Below, piece after piece: positions 50,223 through 63,320 of a DNA stretch of 64,000 nucleotides; the first letter of the stretch is position 1, and each line of letters begins with the position of its first letter. The DNA comes from Octopus bimaculoides (Eukaryota), in assembly GCF_001194135.2 (NCBI RefSeq), contig NC_068994.1, forward strand, positions 37,327,971-37,391,970, given 5' to 3'. Position numbers and translations under genes: made by a program. The notes beneath the pieces were generated by a model. It was not told where the DNA came from, searched no databases, and saw only the letters and a list, made by a program, of their open reading frames with translations.

Positions 50223-52640
50223 CAGTGGTACCTTGACTTACGAGTGTCCTAACTAACGCGTTTTTCAAGATATGAGCCATCTCTCGGCTGATTTTTTGCT
50301 TTCAGTTGTGAGCTAGAATTTGGGTTATGACCCAGCTTCAGATGCCCCACCACTAGTTAATGTAGCAAACGCCACAGTGAACACCATAACATCAGCCCAG
50401 GATCCTGTGTCTCACTCGATAGCTAGACAGGTATACATGTTGCCAAGTGCGAAGATCATTAGTAGATTAATAGCTAGACAGACATGTGTATTAGCAAGTG
50501 CAAAGATCATTAGTGGATAGTTAGTTAGATGGGTGGTAAAATGCTTACTTAGTCGTTGCATGCTACAGAAGCATCAGTGTTGTGCTCGCAACTGTGCTTG
50601 CAGTTATTTTGCAAAACTTCGTTTTCCCAACCAAGGGTCTGAAGAAAGTGAGTGCGAAGGACAGTGGTGAGAAGAAGAAGCAGATGATGTGCATCGAATT
50701 AAAGAAAGAAATTAGTGGAAAACATGATCAAGGTGTGCATGTAGTTGGTATGGCAAAGCAGCACGAGTGCAGCACTTCTATGATTTGTACCATACTGAAG
50801 CAGCAGGAGTTGATAAAGGCTATAACACCAGCCAAGGACATTAAAATAATTTTTAAACAGCGGATATCTATCCATGAAAATATGGAGAGGCTGCTGATAG
50901 TGTGGTTGATGGAGAAGCAGCTTGCAGGAGATACCATGGCAGAGGCTATAATCTACAAGAATGCATGAGCTATTTATGCTGATTTGTTGCAACAGACCCC
51001 AGACACTTGTACAGATGAGGCATCGGGCAAGCTGTTTAAAGCTAGTTGAGGCTGGTTTGAGAATCTTAAAAAGAGGACCAGCATTCACCCCCTTATCAGG
51101 TACAGTAAAGCAGTGAGAGTGGATATGAAGGCAGCTGAGGATTACCTCAAAACTTTTGCTGGAATTATAGCAGCCGAAGGCTACATCCCCTAGTAAGTCT
51201 TCAGCTGTGACGAGACAGGACTTTTTTGGAAGAAGATGCCAATGAGGACTTATATAATGGCAGAGGAGGAAAGGATGTCAGGTCACAAACCCATGAAAGA
51301 TAGGCTAACCCTCCTTCTGTGCGCCAATGCGAGCGGCGACTGCAAGATTAAGATTTATTGTTCAGAAAACCCCAAGATTTTGAAAGAAAAACTGCAGGTT
51401 ATAAGGAGGTCAAATCCAAGGGCGTGGGTCATCAGGTAGTGCTCTGTGGAGTGGGTGAATTAGGTCTTTAGTCTTGATGTTAAGAAATATCTCCAAGAAA
51501 ATAACCTACCCCCGAAACCCCTTCTCATCCTGGACAATACACCTGTTCACCCACCTAACTTTGAAGATGATATCCTCGAAGGGTTCAAGATTATAAAGGT
51601 TCTCTACCTTCCACCCAACATCACCCTATCCTGCAGTCCATGGACCAGCATGAGACTTCTAACTTCAAGAAGCTCTTCACCAAGCACCTGCCCTGATGCT
51701 GCTTTGAGAGTTCTGGAAGGATCACTATAACAATGTGATATGCCTTAGAATTATTGATATAGCCTGGCAGGGTGTTACAAAGAGGACCTTGACCTCTGCA
51801 TGAAGAAGCTGTGGCCTGAGGTTGTGTCTGAAATGGATTTTGACAGACTTGAACCCGAAGTAGCAGTAGTGGTGGAGATTGTATCCCTCAGCAGGTCCAT
51901 GGGCCTGGACGTGGAGGAAGGTGACATCAATGAGCTCATTGAGGAGCACTCCAAGGAACTGACAATGGAAGAGCTAAGGGAGATACAGACGCAGCAGCAG
52001 CAGCAGCACATGGAGGTTTTGCAGGAAATAGGTGACGTGGAGGAGACAGAGGTTATCTCTACAAGTGCGATTAAGGAAATGTTGCAAATGTGAGAGACAC
52101 TTTCAGACTTTATTCAAAAGAAACAAGCAGAAAAAATTGCAACAGCGCATGCGACTACACTATTTAATGACACTTGCCTAACTTGTTTCAGAAACACTCT
52201 GAGAGTGAGGATGAAACAGACCTTATTGGACAGATTTTTATCGAAAACTCTTGCTGATAAAAGTGAGAAAGCATGGTGAAAAGGGCAAAAATCAGCGAAT
52301 AAGATTCAGTTATTCAGTACAGCCTTTCTCTCCCCCCCCTCTGTCAGCATCATCTAGTTGTCTGATCTCCAAGGTAAATGTACATGATACTTAATAAAAC
52401 CAGTCTATTGTAGTACATTCTATTGTATTGCTTTTTTATACAATATTCGTTATTTATAAGTACACTTTTCTTATTTAGAAACACATAATAAAAAAAAATT
52501 GCTGTGTTTTTTGTGGGGCCTGGAATGGATTAATAGCCTTTTAGTTCATTTCAATGGGGAAATTTGATTTGACATACGAGGAATTTGAGTTATGAGCTCT
52601 GTCACGGAATGAATCAATCTCGTAAGTCAAGGTACCACTG
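50223..52640 (+). mobile_element. Full-length Tigger/pogo DNA transposon, decayed
   Basis: Perfect 22-bp TIRs CAGTGGTACCTTGACTTACGAG (50223-50244) and its reverse complement (52619-52640). TA lies on the left flank, and there are subterminal acttacgag-like repeats. Confidence 0.95.
50633..52302 (+). pseudogene. Tigger-type DDE_1 transposase pseudogene (CENP-B-like HTH; CDETG / LDN / Q-MD triad, about DD36D)
   Basis: KKVSAKDSGEKKK...MERLLIVWL...FKAS*GWFENLKKR...SCDETGLFWKKMP...KDRLTLLLCANASGD...LDNTPVHP...LYLPPN..ILQSMDQ. At least eight stops plus frameshifts. Confidence 0.9.
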
Positions 52641-52841
52641 AATATATATGTATGTATGTATGTACATATGTATGTATATATGTGTGTATATAAGTTTATG
52701 AGTTAGTAAGCACATATGTTAACAATCTATGCATGTACCATCATTGTCATCATCGTTTAACATCCGCTTTCTATGCTGGCATGGGTTGGACGGTTTGACT
52801 AAGAGCTGGCGTGCCAGAAGGCTGCACCATGCATGTATATA

Positions 52842-54130
52842 TGAGGGAGAGTCAAAAATTATGCGCACTCTTGCTTTTTCAATGAATTTACACAAAAGCA
52901 AGGGATAAACAAGTATGTCATTTTTCATTTTTTTCTATGTAGTCTTCTTCCTTTTTGATGCACTTGGTTCACTGGTCCACAAACTTGTGTATTCCATTCA
53001 AGAAGAAGGTTTTCGGTTGGTTGTGCAACCATTTATGCACCACTTCCTTCACCTCTTCATCTGTAGGGAATCAACGACCTGATAAACATCTTCGAGTGGT
53101 CCAAAGATAGGATAGTCAGAAGAGGCAAGATATGGGCTGTAGGCAGGGTGTTCCAACACTTCAAAGCCCAATTGTTAATGGTTTCAACAGTCTAGGCAGC
53201 CAGGTGTGGGTGTGTATTGTCATGCAACAATAAAACTTTCCTCAACAATAGGCTTCGGCATTTGGTATGAATTGCTGGCTTCCATTTGTTGACCATCAAA
53301 GCACTGTATCTTGCATTATTGATTGCACACTCCTTTTCTAGGTAGTCTTCCAGTATAGGCCCTTTTGAGTCCCCAAAAAGGGTTACCATCACCTTCCCTG
53401 CAGAAGACTGAGTCTTGAATTCCTTCATCGTTGGCTAGCCAGGAGGTTTCCAATCCATACTCTGACTTTTGGATTCTGCTTCATAATGACAGACCTACGT
53501 TTTATCTTCTGTGACTATTCTGCTAAAAAATTCTTTGCCCTCATTGTTGTGGTGACCGAGTAAATGTTGGCAGACCTCAAGGCGTTTGCACTACTGCACT
53601 GCAATAAGCTCTTTGGCACCCGTCTTGCACAGACTATATGGAAACTGAGCTCATCATGGATGATTTGATAGGTAGAACCATGACTAATCTGTAGAGAATA
53701 AGCTACCTCTTTGATGATAACTCACCGGTTCACCATTACAATCTCTGAAGCTTGCTGAACTTTTTTGTTAGTGGTGGAAGCTGGTGGGCATTCTGCTCCC
53801 TCTTTGTGCATCACACTTGTCTGGCCACTTTTAAATTTCATGATCCACTCATACACACTTCTATGTCGTAGTGCACTGTCCCCATATTTTGCTAAAAGCC
53901 TCTGATGAATTTCAGCATCTGACACACCATCCAGCCATAGAAATCGGATCACTGCTCTTTGTTCCTTTTTGGTGCACATTACTATTAGAGTGGCCATGCT
54001 TAAGCCAGAAAGAAAAATGGCATGATCAGGCTCAAGCTTCGATCACGTGACCACAATAGTACCAACTATTAGCATGCATGCGTTGGAGGTAGTGTGGGCA
54101 AAAGTGTAGATAATTTTTGACTTTTCCTCA
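52842..54130 (-). mobile_element. Full-length mariner (about 1.29 kb, Hsmar2/irritans-like ends), decayed
   Basis: 28-bp TIRs tgagggagagtcaaaaattatgcgcact versus tgaggaaaagtcaaaaattatctacact (5 mismatches), with TA on both flanks. Confidence 0.92.
52918..53997 (-). pseudogene. Mariner transposase pseudogene (DD34D-type motifs)
   Basis: EQRAVIRFL...VYEWIMKFKSG...ARRVPKEL...IVTEDKT*VCHYEAESK...LLHDNTHPH...HPAYSPYLASSDY..FGPLED...GIHKFVDQ*TKCI...DYIEK. Multiple stops and frameshifts. Confidence 0.9.
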
Positions 54131-54488
54131 TATGTATATATATATCTATGTATACTTATATATATATATATGTATATGTATGTATATATATATATATNNN
54201 NNNNNNNGTATGTATGCATGTATGTATGCATATATATATGTATATATATATATGTATGCATATATATATATATACTGTAATGCATTGAAGTTAATCTCGG
54301 CTTTATAAAGTTACTGCTGAGTTAAAATCTTCCTTGGCTATGTGGGTTTGATCTGAGTGTAGTTGTAATTACTAAGTTTCCAAATACTGGACTAAACTTT
54401 AAACCTTTGACCTTTACAAAACTAAAGCAAAGGGTTAAATCCAGTAAAGTCAAACATAACTAAAACTACTGACATATCATAAACTTAC

Positions 54489-54533
54489 CTACATCTTTTT
54501 TTTTTGTGAACCACTAAAGAAGAATCCCATGAC
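54489..54533 (-). CDS. Candidate 45-nt coding exon of unidentified host gene (phase 2 to 2; SWDSSLVVHKKKRC-R); may extend 5' to about 54577
   Basis: Minus strand reads gtgtgctcccttcag|GTCATGGG...GATGTAG|gtaagt, a pyrimidine-rich acceptor and a consensus donor. The phase-2 frame is open. It lies in unique, non-repeat sequence. Confidence 0.4.
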   Translation of the reverse strand, partial: VMGFFFSGSQKKKM

Positions 54534-55007
54534 CTGAAGGGAGCACACCTAAATATATATACCTGCTTCCAAAGTTCTACATACATGAATAAGTTATAGA
54601 CACTAACTTAACTGCAAATTTAATCAATAAAAATTACTCCAAAACACCTCTCCATTACAATCCACCCTAAAACCTAATTATCACTCCACTAAAACCCACA
54701 CAAGGAAGAAGCCAAGATTAACTTTAATGCATCACTGTTTGACAATAGCTTAACTTGCCAAAACTTGGAAGTCACTGACTATAATATTCTTGTTTAAGAA
54801 TAATAAATTTGTACCCAACAAAAGTATAGAGTAACCTATCAGATTAATGCAAAAGCATTTTTATTATATCTAGGCATAAAACAGATATCAATATATATAT
54901 ATATATTTACAAATATCTGTATGCATACACATATATATGTATATGTACATATGTATATATGTGCATATATATAGGTATATAAGAATACAGATTTGTGTGT
55001 GTGTGTG

Positions 55008-55116
<109 letters not shown>

Positions 55117-55724
55117 GTACATACACACACACATATGCACATATATATTGCATCTCACTAACACAATAAATGGTATGTAATTCATCCACATAACATTGTG
55201 CATACTTAACACTATATTATATTACTTCCTTTTATTGCTTATCTATCTTATCTGCCTCTGTTTATTTTATATCGAATGAATTGTGTATTTAACATTTAAG
55301 TTCCAATAAACCAAAATTTCTAAGTGTGTATTCCTCTACTCCACAGATCCATAATGGAAATTATACTTGTTGAATCTTTCACACCATATATATATATTTA
55401 TATAGATGTGTGTGTGTGTGAGTATGTATATATGTATGTGTAGTTGTGTATTTAGTATATGTGCATACTATACACACACACACACACACACACACAAAGG
55501 TATATATACATGAATTTCTATCTACCTGTCAAACTATCAGTCCCTCTCTCTCTCTCTCACACTCTATCTCTTGGTCTATCCATCTTTCTCTTTGTCAAAA
55601 TATATGTATGTATGTATCTGTGTATGTGTGTGCATATGTGTGTGTATTATGTGTAGATATGTGGATGTGTATGTGTATATGTGCATATGTATGAATGTAT
55701 GTGTGTATATACGTATGCAAATAA

Positions 55725-55757
<33 letters not shown>

Positions 55758-58323
55758 NNNNNNNNNNNNNNNNNNNNNNNNNNNNNNNNNNNNNNNNNNN
55801 NNNNNNNNNNNNNNNNNNNNNNNNNNNNNNNNNNNNNNNNNNNNNNNNNNNNNNNNNNNNNNNNNNNNNNNNNNNNNNNNNNNNNNNNNNNNNNNNNNNN
55901 NNNNNNNNNNNNNNNNNNNNNNNNNNNNNNNNNNNNNNNNNNNNNNNNNNNNNNNNNNNNNNNNNNNNNNNNNNNNNNNNNNNNNNNNNNNNNNNNNNNN
56001 NNNNNNNNNNNNNNNNNNNNNNNNNNNNNNNNNNNNNNNNNNNNNNNNNNNNNNNNNNNNNNNNNNNNNNNNNNNNNNNNNNNNNNNNNNNNNNNNNNNN
56101 NNNNNNNNNNNNNNNNNNNNNNNNNNNNNNNNNNNNNNNNNNNNNNNNNNNNNNNNNNNNNNNNNNNNNNNNNNNNNNNNNNNNNNNNNNNNNNNNNNNN
56201 NNNNNNNNNNNNNNNNNNNNNNNNNNNNNNNNNNNNNNNNNNNNNNNNNNNNNNNNNNNNNNNNNNNNNNNNNNNNNNNNNNNNNNNNNNNNNNNNNNNN
56301 NNNNNNNNNNNNNNNNNNNNNNNNNNNNNNNNNNNNNNNNNNNNNNNNNNNNNNNNNNNNNNNNNNNNNNNNNNNNNNNNNNNNNNNNNNNNNNNNNNNN
56401 NNNNNNNNNNNNNNNNNNNNNNNNNNNNNNNNNNNNNNNNNNNNNNNNNNNNNNNNNNNNNNNNNNNNNNNNNNNNNNNNNNNNNNNNNNNNNNNNNNNN
56501 NNNNNNNNNNNNNNNNNNNNNNNNNNNNNNNNNNNNNNNNNNNNNNNNNNNNNNNNNNNNNNNNNNNNNNNNNNNNNNNNNNNNNNNNNNNNNNNNNNNT
56601 ATATATATATATACATACATACATACATATCAAGAAGCAGAATCATGAGCCCTTCCTGACAATTGGCACATAAGGCTGGTTTCCCAGATTCTGTGCTGTA
56701 TATAAATGCCCCCCAGTCCATCTTAGGATCATTGTCTTTCACCAGCTGAGTGGACTGGAGCAACATGAAATGAAGTGTCTTGCTCAAGAACACAATGCAT
56801 CACCCACTCTGGGAATCGAAACCACAATCTTACTATCACGAGTGCAACACCCTAACCACTAAGCTATGTACCTCTTCATGTATAGGTATACATATGTATA
56901 TACGTATATATATATGTATGTATGCATGAGTATATATTAATGTACATGTATACGTGTGTATGTAGAAATATATATTTATACATATGCTCACATATATATA
57001 TATATACTTATATGTATGTGTATATGCACAGACACACACACACTCACACACATACACACATAAATACTCACATATATGTATATACCACCTATATACCACC
57101 TTCAATATTTCTCTTGTGATATTCATAAATATATCCTCTGCACACATTATACACACTCAAACACGCACACAAACTTAATATGTTCATACATACATTTACT
57201 TATACATATATCACTCCATGGTCGTGGCTTGTGAATCTGCCCCTAATATAACAGAATTACCAAGCTATAAAATATTGTCATTCATTATATGTTATAGTGC
57301 CTGCTAGGCTCAGTGTAGCGTAAGCACTTCTGTCATATTTGTCATTACCTATACTGTCACTACTCTGTCAATGTCATTCCTATTGTCATCATAAACATTG
57401 CCATCATTGACACTATCTTCATCCTCCCATCCGTTGTCCTCCTCTCCCATCTCCTCCTCCGCCTCCTCCTCCTCCTCCTCATCATCATCATCATCACCAT
57501 CATCATTCTTGCTATCATTGTTATCGTTGTCAAAGACATTATCATTGTCATCGTCATCGTTATTGACATTATCGTCAATGACATTCTCGTTGTCATTGTC
57601 AGTGTCATCATTGTCATCATCGTCATTGTCATCATTGCCATTGCCATTGATATTCTATTTCAGGGTCATTGCTGACATCATTGTCATCATCGTTATGAAT
57701 GTTATTATCATTATTATCATCATCTTTGTTGTCATTGTTGTTTGCCTTGCTGGCACTGATAATTATCCTGAGGGCAACACTCTAACCACTTGGCCATATG
57801 ACTTCACTTTGACTTTGACAATTGACTTTGACTTCCTCCTTAAATTATACCATGTTAACAAGACAAGTCCCTTAACCCCTTGGGGATTGTTGGGGCACTG
57901 AAACCACGCAGCGTATATAGGGTGAGAAAGCCTGGTGGAGTCCATCCCTCTCTAGGCTAAACTCATTTCTACAGCTGAGGGGACTGGAGCAATGTGAAGT
58001 GAAGTGTTTTTCACAAGAACACAATGGATTGCCAGGTCATACAATCATGAGTCCAACACCCTAACCACTAAGCCATATGCCTCCACTNNNNNNNNNNNNN
58101 NNNNNNNNNNNNNNNNNNNNNNNNNNNNNNNNNNNNNNNNNNNNNNNNNNNNNNNNNNNNNNNNNNNNNNNNNNNNNNNNNNNNNNNNNNNNNNNNNNNN
58201 NNNNNNGAGCAATGTGAAGTGAAGTGTTTTTCACAAGAACACAATGGATTGCCAGGTCATACAATCATGAGTCCAACACCCTAACCACTAAGCCATATGC
58301 CTCCACTATGTCATGTACCTAAG

Positions 58324-58499
58324 TTACATATCGTCATTTTAAGAAGTTTTCATCCTACAAGGCCAGGTTCATGCCTAACTAATGGTAATAATTTGATTTT
58401 AACTTGCCATGTACCTAAGTTAAAAATCAAATTAATATCATTAATTAGGCATGAATCTGGCTTTGTTGGATGAATACTTTTTAAAATGACAAAATGTAA
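58324..58499. repeat. Foldback inverted repeat, about 82-bp arms with an 11-nt loop
   Basis: 58324-58405 is about 85% identical to the reverse complement of 58417-58499. The loop is gccatgtacct. Confidence 0.85.
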
Positions 58500-58864
58500 T
58501 GTTTATAGATAATGGGGAAAATGTGTTGTACATGCAGACTAACTTCACACCTACATACTTCTGTTCCTACTAGAATCAATATGTCACACCACATATCACC
58601 ATGTTTTATAATTGACACACCTGATCTGCAAAATTCCCATCTTTCTATATTGCAGTGCATAATAAACTATATACATCACAAAACATAACACCAAACTATT
58701 TTATTCAAGTGCATCCCTATATATAGACATACATATATCTAAATATATGTGTATGTGTTTGTGTACATATGTAGAGATTACTTCAGTGTGTGTATATATA
58801 TATATAAATATGTGTGTGTATTTATATATATAAGAATAAATATATACATAGATAGATATGCATA

Positions 58865-58900
<36 letters not shown>

Positions 58901-61844
58901 NNNNNNNNNNNNNNNNNNNNNNNNNNNNNNNNNNNNNNNNNNNNNNNNNNNNNNNNNNNNNNNNNNNNNNNNNNNNNNNNNNNNNNNNNNNNNNNNNNNN
59001 NNNNNNNNNNNNNNNNNNNNNNNNNNNNNNNNNNNNNNNNNNNNNNNNNNNNNNNNNNNNNNNNNNNNNNNNNNNNNNNNNNNNNNNNNNNNNNNNNNNN
59101 NNNNNNNNNNNNNNNNNNNNNNNNNNNNNNNNNNNNNNNNNNNNNNNNNNNNNNNNNNNNNNAAGTGGATTTGGTAGATGGAAACTGAAAGAAGCCCATC
59201 ATATATATGTATATATATATGTATGTGTGTGTGTGTGTTTGTCCCCCCAACATCGCTTGACAACCAATGCTGTTGTGTTTACGTCCCCCGTAACTTAGCG
59301 GTTTGGCAAAAGGGACCAATAGAATAAGTACTAGGCTTACAAAGAATAAGTACTGGGGTTGATTTGCTTGATTAAAGGCGGTGCTCCAGCATGGCTGCAG
59401 TCAAATGACTGAAACAAGTAAAAGAGTAAAGAGAGAGTATATATATATATATATGTATATGATTGGTTTACACACTGTTTTTATCTTCCAAATTGTCTCA
59501 CAATGCATTGGTTAACCTGTACAGTAGAAAACAAAAGATACTTGCCCAAGCTGCTGTGCAATGGAACTGAGCCCAAAATAACATACTTGTAAAATGAGCC
59601 TCTTAACCACACAGCGATTACTGATCCTATACAGATTCAACTAAACAAGCAAACAAAAAATAATCCATGTATTGTTTGAATATCATGCTGTATCTTGTAT
59701 TTTGCATATGAGATTTTGGTATCTAATACATTTTGGCATTGTTGTTAAAGTGCATAGAACATTGAAGAAATAAAATTTCTTTATCAGATGAAAAACTGTA
59801 AGCAATAAAAATATACAATAAATTATAAATTCATAGAAATATGTGAAAATATAAAAACTATATTTTAAAAATCATAAAACTGTCTTCTTGTCATTCTTCA
59901 TTCTTCAGCTCTTTTCTATGTACACACACACGCATATACATGTAAGTATGCACACATGTTCACATATACATACATATAAGCATACACACATGTTCACTTA
60001 CATAGACTTCCAGATGTATACAACAACATGCAAATATTCTTTCACTCAAATGCATGCTCAGGGTATCCATATGAATGTGAGACTGAGATATAGAAGTTGC
60101 ATATTTAAAAAAAATGTGGAAGAATCATTTAAATTACTTTAAAGCATTGGAGCAATGAACTGAGTTGGATGGGTGATTGATAAAGAATAAGTGGAAATAA
60201 GTGCTGAATCTTAAAAGGTGATATAGATAATAATACTAAAAAATTTGAGAGAGATGACAAAAAAAATAAGGGGTGATAAAGATAATTAAGAAAAAATACT
60301 TTAGCTGTTGAAAAATGTATGTAATAAGAATAAGTAATAAAAATGAGATTAAAAAATCATAAATTTCTCGAATATTTATGAATATAAAATATTAAAATAT
60401 AAATTCATAAATGTATAGAATATGGAATTTTTAAGTGGGAAAAGAAATCAGAATTGATTTAAAAAATGGATTGGAAATGAGATGGATTGAAAAGGTGAAG
60501 GTAAAATTATGCAAAATAGATTAAAAATGAATTAAAAATGACCTTAGGTGAAGTGAAGCAAATCAAAATACAGTAAAAGAAATTGGCACTCTCAGAGTAT
60601 TAATCTGGTAACCAAAATAGGATTGAATAAAGCAATGGGTTGCGCACGCGCGCGTGTGTGTGTATGTGTTTATGTGAAGTAAAAAATGAGGCAATGCATG
60701 AACAAAACATCATCATCATCATTTAATGTCCATATTCCATGCTGACATGAGCTGGATGTTTTGACAGGATGTGATGAGTCCAAAAACTGTGTTGTGCACC
60801 AATGTCTGCTTCGAAATTTTTTCTACAGTTGGATGCCTTTCCTAAAAGTTACCATTTTACAGAATGTACTCGGTGATCTTTCTCGTGTCATTTGCACTAT
60901 AGAGGTCCCAATGCAGCTTGCAGGAATACAAACCCTGGGGGAGGAAGAAATCAGCTTTGTGTTAGTGGAAGAGGGGTAGACTATACGAGAAAATGGGATA
61001 AGAGCAGGTTCTTTTAGGGGATCTGCTTGGCTACTCACATTTGGAGAAAGGGAAAAGAGAAATGATCAGTAGGAGCTGCAAAGGGGTAGATAATGGTGAT
61101 GAGGTACTCAGGTAGCCCATAAAAGCGCATGGTAAGTAGAAGTAGGTGGCTGGTTTGCAAGATTGTATGGGGAGCAGGAGATGCTGGAATGAGGAGGTGG
61201 ATGCTAAGATTAAGATTTGGGTAGGGTTGAAGGGTGAATGAACAATGAGCCATCAGGTGGGGAAGATAGAAGGATGCAGAAAGAAACGAGTTGAGGGTGA
61301 CAAGAAGCAAGATTAGTAATGATGATACAGTTGACTGGGAGAGGACAAAAGAGAGAGAAAGAGAGAGTGAGAGAGAGAGAACATAACTGGGTAGTCTGCA
61401 GGAGCCAGGGTTGTGGAAGAAGCAGGTATACTACATAGGAGGGGAGGATAGGTACTGTAGCATGGGTGGAGGACAGTATACACAGCGTTTCCAGAACTCA
61501 GTTTTTGCTGCAGAGTCTGCATCTTTTAGAGAACCTAATATTGCCAAACTCCCCAGTCCTTTTTCATCTACTCTATGAAGCCCAGATCCTCAAATCGGCC
61601 TTCACCATTTTATTCCATGATTTTCTTAGTCTTCCTCTTCTGCAAGTTCCAAGTGCATCCTAGAAGTATTCAGATTTTTTTAGGAGAGACAGTCATAACT
61701 GTCCCAAATTATTTTAATTTTCATATTTCATTATTATATATCTAATAAACTGACCTGCCAACGTTAGCTATTCCAGTTTGATTGAAGGAGAACACTAAAT
61801 ACACATTACTAAACACTGTTCATCACTGCTGACTAGTATCCAAA

Positions 61845-62000
61845 ATGCAAGCAGAATGTTTGGAAGTTTGCTATGCAATAAAGTTTTGTATTAAACTGAG
61901 TAAAATCACTACAGAATCTTGTGAAATACTCCAGACTACTTATAGATTAACTTTTTTGTGGCACAAGAGGTTTAAGGATCCTAGAGAGGTTTGCAAGGCA
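61845..62000 (+). mobile_element. Mariner transposase N-terminal HTH fragment
   Basis: EVCYAIKFCIKLSKITTESCEILQTTY...LWHKRFKDPRE resembles the mariner EQRxAIKFCxKLGK...WHKRFKxGRE motif. Confidence 0.65.
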
Positions 62001-62110
62001 CCAGCAGGCCTCATGGCACACATTCATATCCATAGAACATGAATAACACATTATTTTACTGAACCTTCATTTGTCATTCATGACGAGAGAATCCATGATA
62101 TAGATGTATA

Positions 62111-62235
62111 CAGGGTTGGACAAAAGTCACCCGACAGTAAATCAAAATTTCATAAATACTATCTATAATTCTGTATTGACTCAAATGGAGAGATGTGTTG
62201 CTCATGAAGGACTTCAGTTTGAACAATTTTCATGA
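62111..62235 (+). mobile_element. Internally deleted Tc1/mariner-superfamily fragment
   Basis: TA|CAGGGTTGGACAAAAGTCACC terminus followed by MERCVAHEGLQFEQFS*, resembling the RCIxxxGxHFExLL* C-terminus. The other TIR was not found. Confidence 0.5.
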
Positions 62236-62717
62236 TGTTTCATATCTAGATGCTTTTATTAAATTCACTCAGTTGTTAAGCATAAATAAATCTTGGATTT
62301 AATATATGCATACACACAATCTACATGTATCCAAATACTAAGAAATATATAGCATTGGGCTATATAGATATGTGAAAGATTTTTTGGGGCCTGTTCACCT
62401 CACTACTGTGAGGGCTGTATAGGTATGCAAAAGATTTTTTGGGGACCCATTTGCCCAACTACTGTTGAATGTCTGTCGTAATTTTCAGTGTTATTATTGG
62501 TTGTTTAAATGAGGATTTTAAATCTTATTTCTAGCAGGCGGGCACATTTGTATGCCCTTATGATTGATATGAATTTTAATTCTATAGCTATATAACGCTA
62601 TTTTAGGCCTGAAACTACTTATATTATTGTTGTTGATATTATTAACTATTTATATTACCCTGGATAATAACAATCATAATATCTATATAAATATTCACTC
62701 CTGAATATTTGCTCCTT

Positions 62718-62753
<36 letters not shown>

Positions 62754-63280
62754 NNNNNNNNNNNNNNNNNNNNNNNNNNNNNNNNNNNNNNNNNNNNNNN
62801 NNNNNNNNNNNNNNNNNNNNNNNNNNNNNNNNNNNNNNNNNNNNNNNNNNNNNNNNNNNNNNNNNNNNNNNNNNNNNNNNNNNNNNNNNNNNNNNNNNNN
62901 NNNNNNNNNNNNNNNNNNNNNNNNNNNNNNNNNNNNNNNNNNNNNNNNNNNNNNNNNNNNNNNNNNNNNNNNNNNNNNNNNNNNNNNNNNNNNNNNNNNN
63001 NNNNNNNNNNNNNNNNNNNNNNNNNNNNNNNNNNNNNNNNNNNNNNNNNNNNNNNNNNNNNNNNNNNNNNNNNNNNNNNNNNNNNNNNNNNNNNNNNNNN
63101 NNNNNNNNNNNNNNNNNNNNNNNNNNNNNNNNNNNNNNNNNNNNNNNNNNNNNNNNNNNNNNNNNNNNNNNNNNNNNNNNNNNNNNNNNNNNNNNNNNNN
63201 NNNNNNNNNNNNNNNNNNNNNNNNNNNNNNNNNNNNNNNNNNNNNNNNNNNNNNNNNNNNNNNNNNNNNNNNNNNNNNNN

Positions 63281-63320
<40 letters not shown>

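Noticed and set aside
57987-58307. Identical 101-bp direct repeat flanking a 119-N gap (57987-58087 and 58207-58307)
   Set aside because: 100% identity ending exactly at both gap edges points to an unmerged contig overlap (assembly artefact), not an LTR or TSD.
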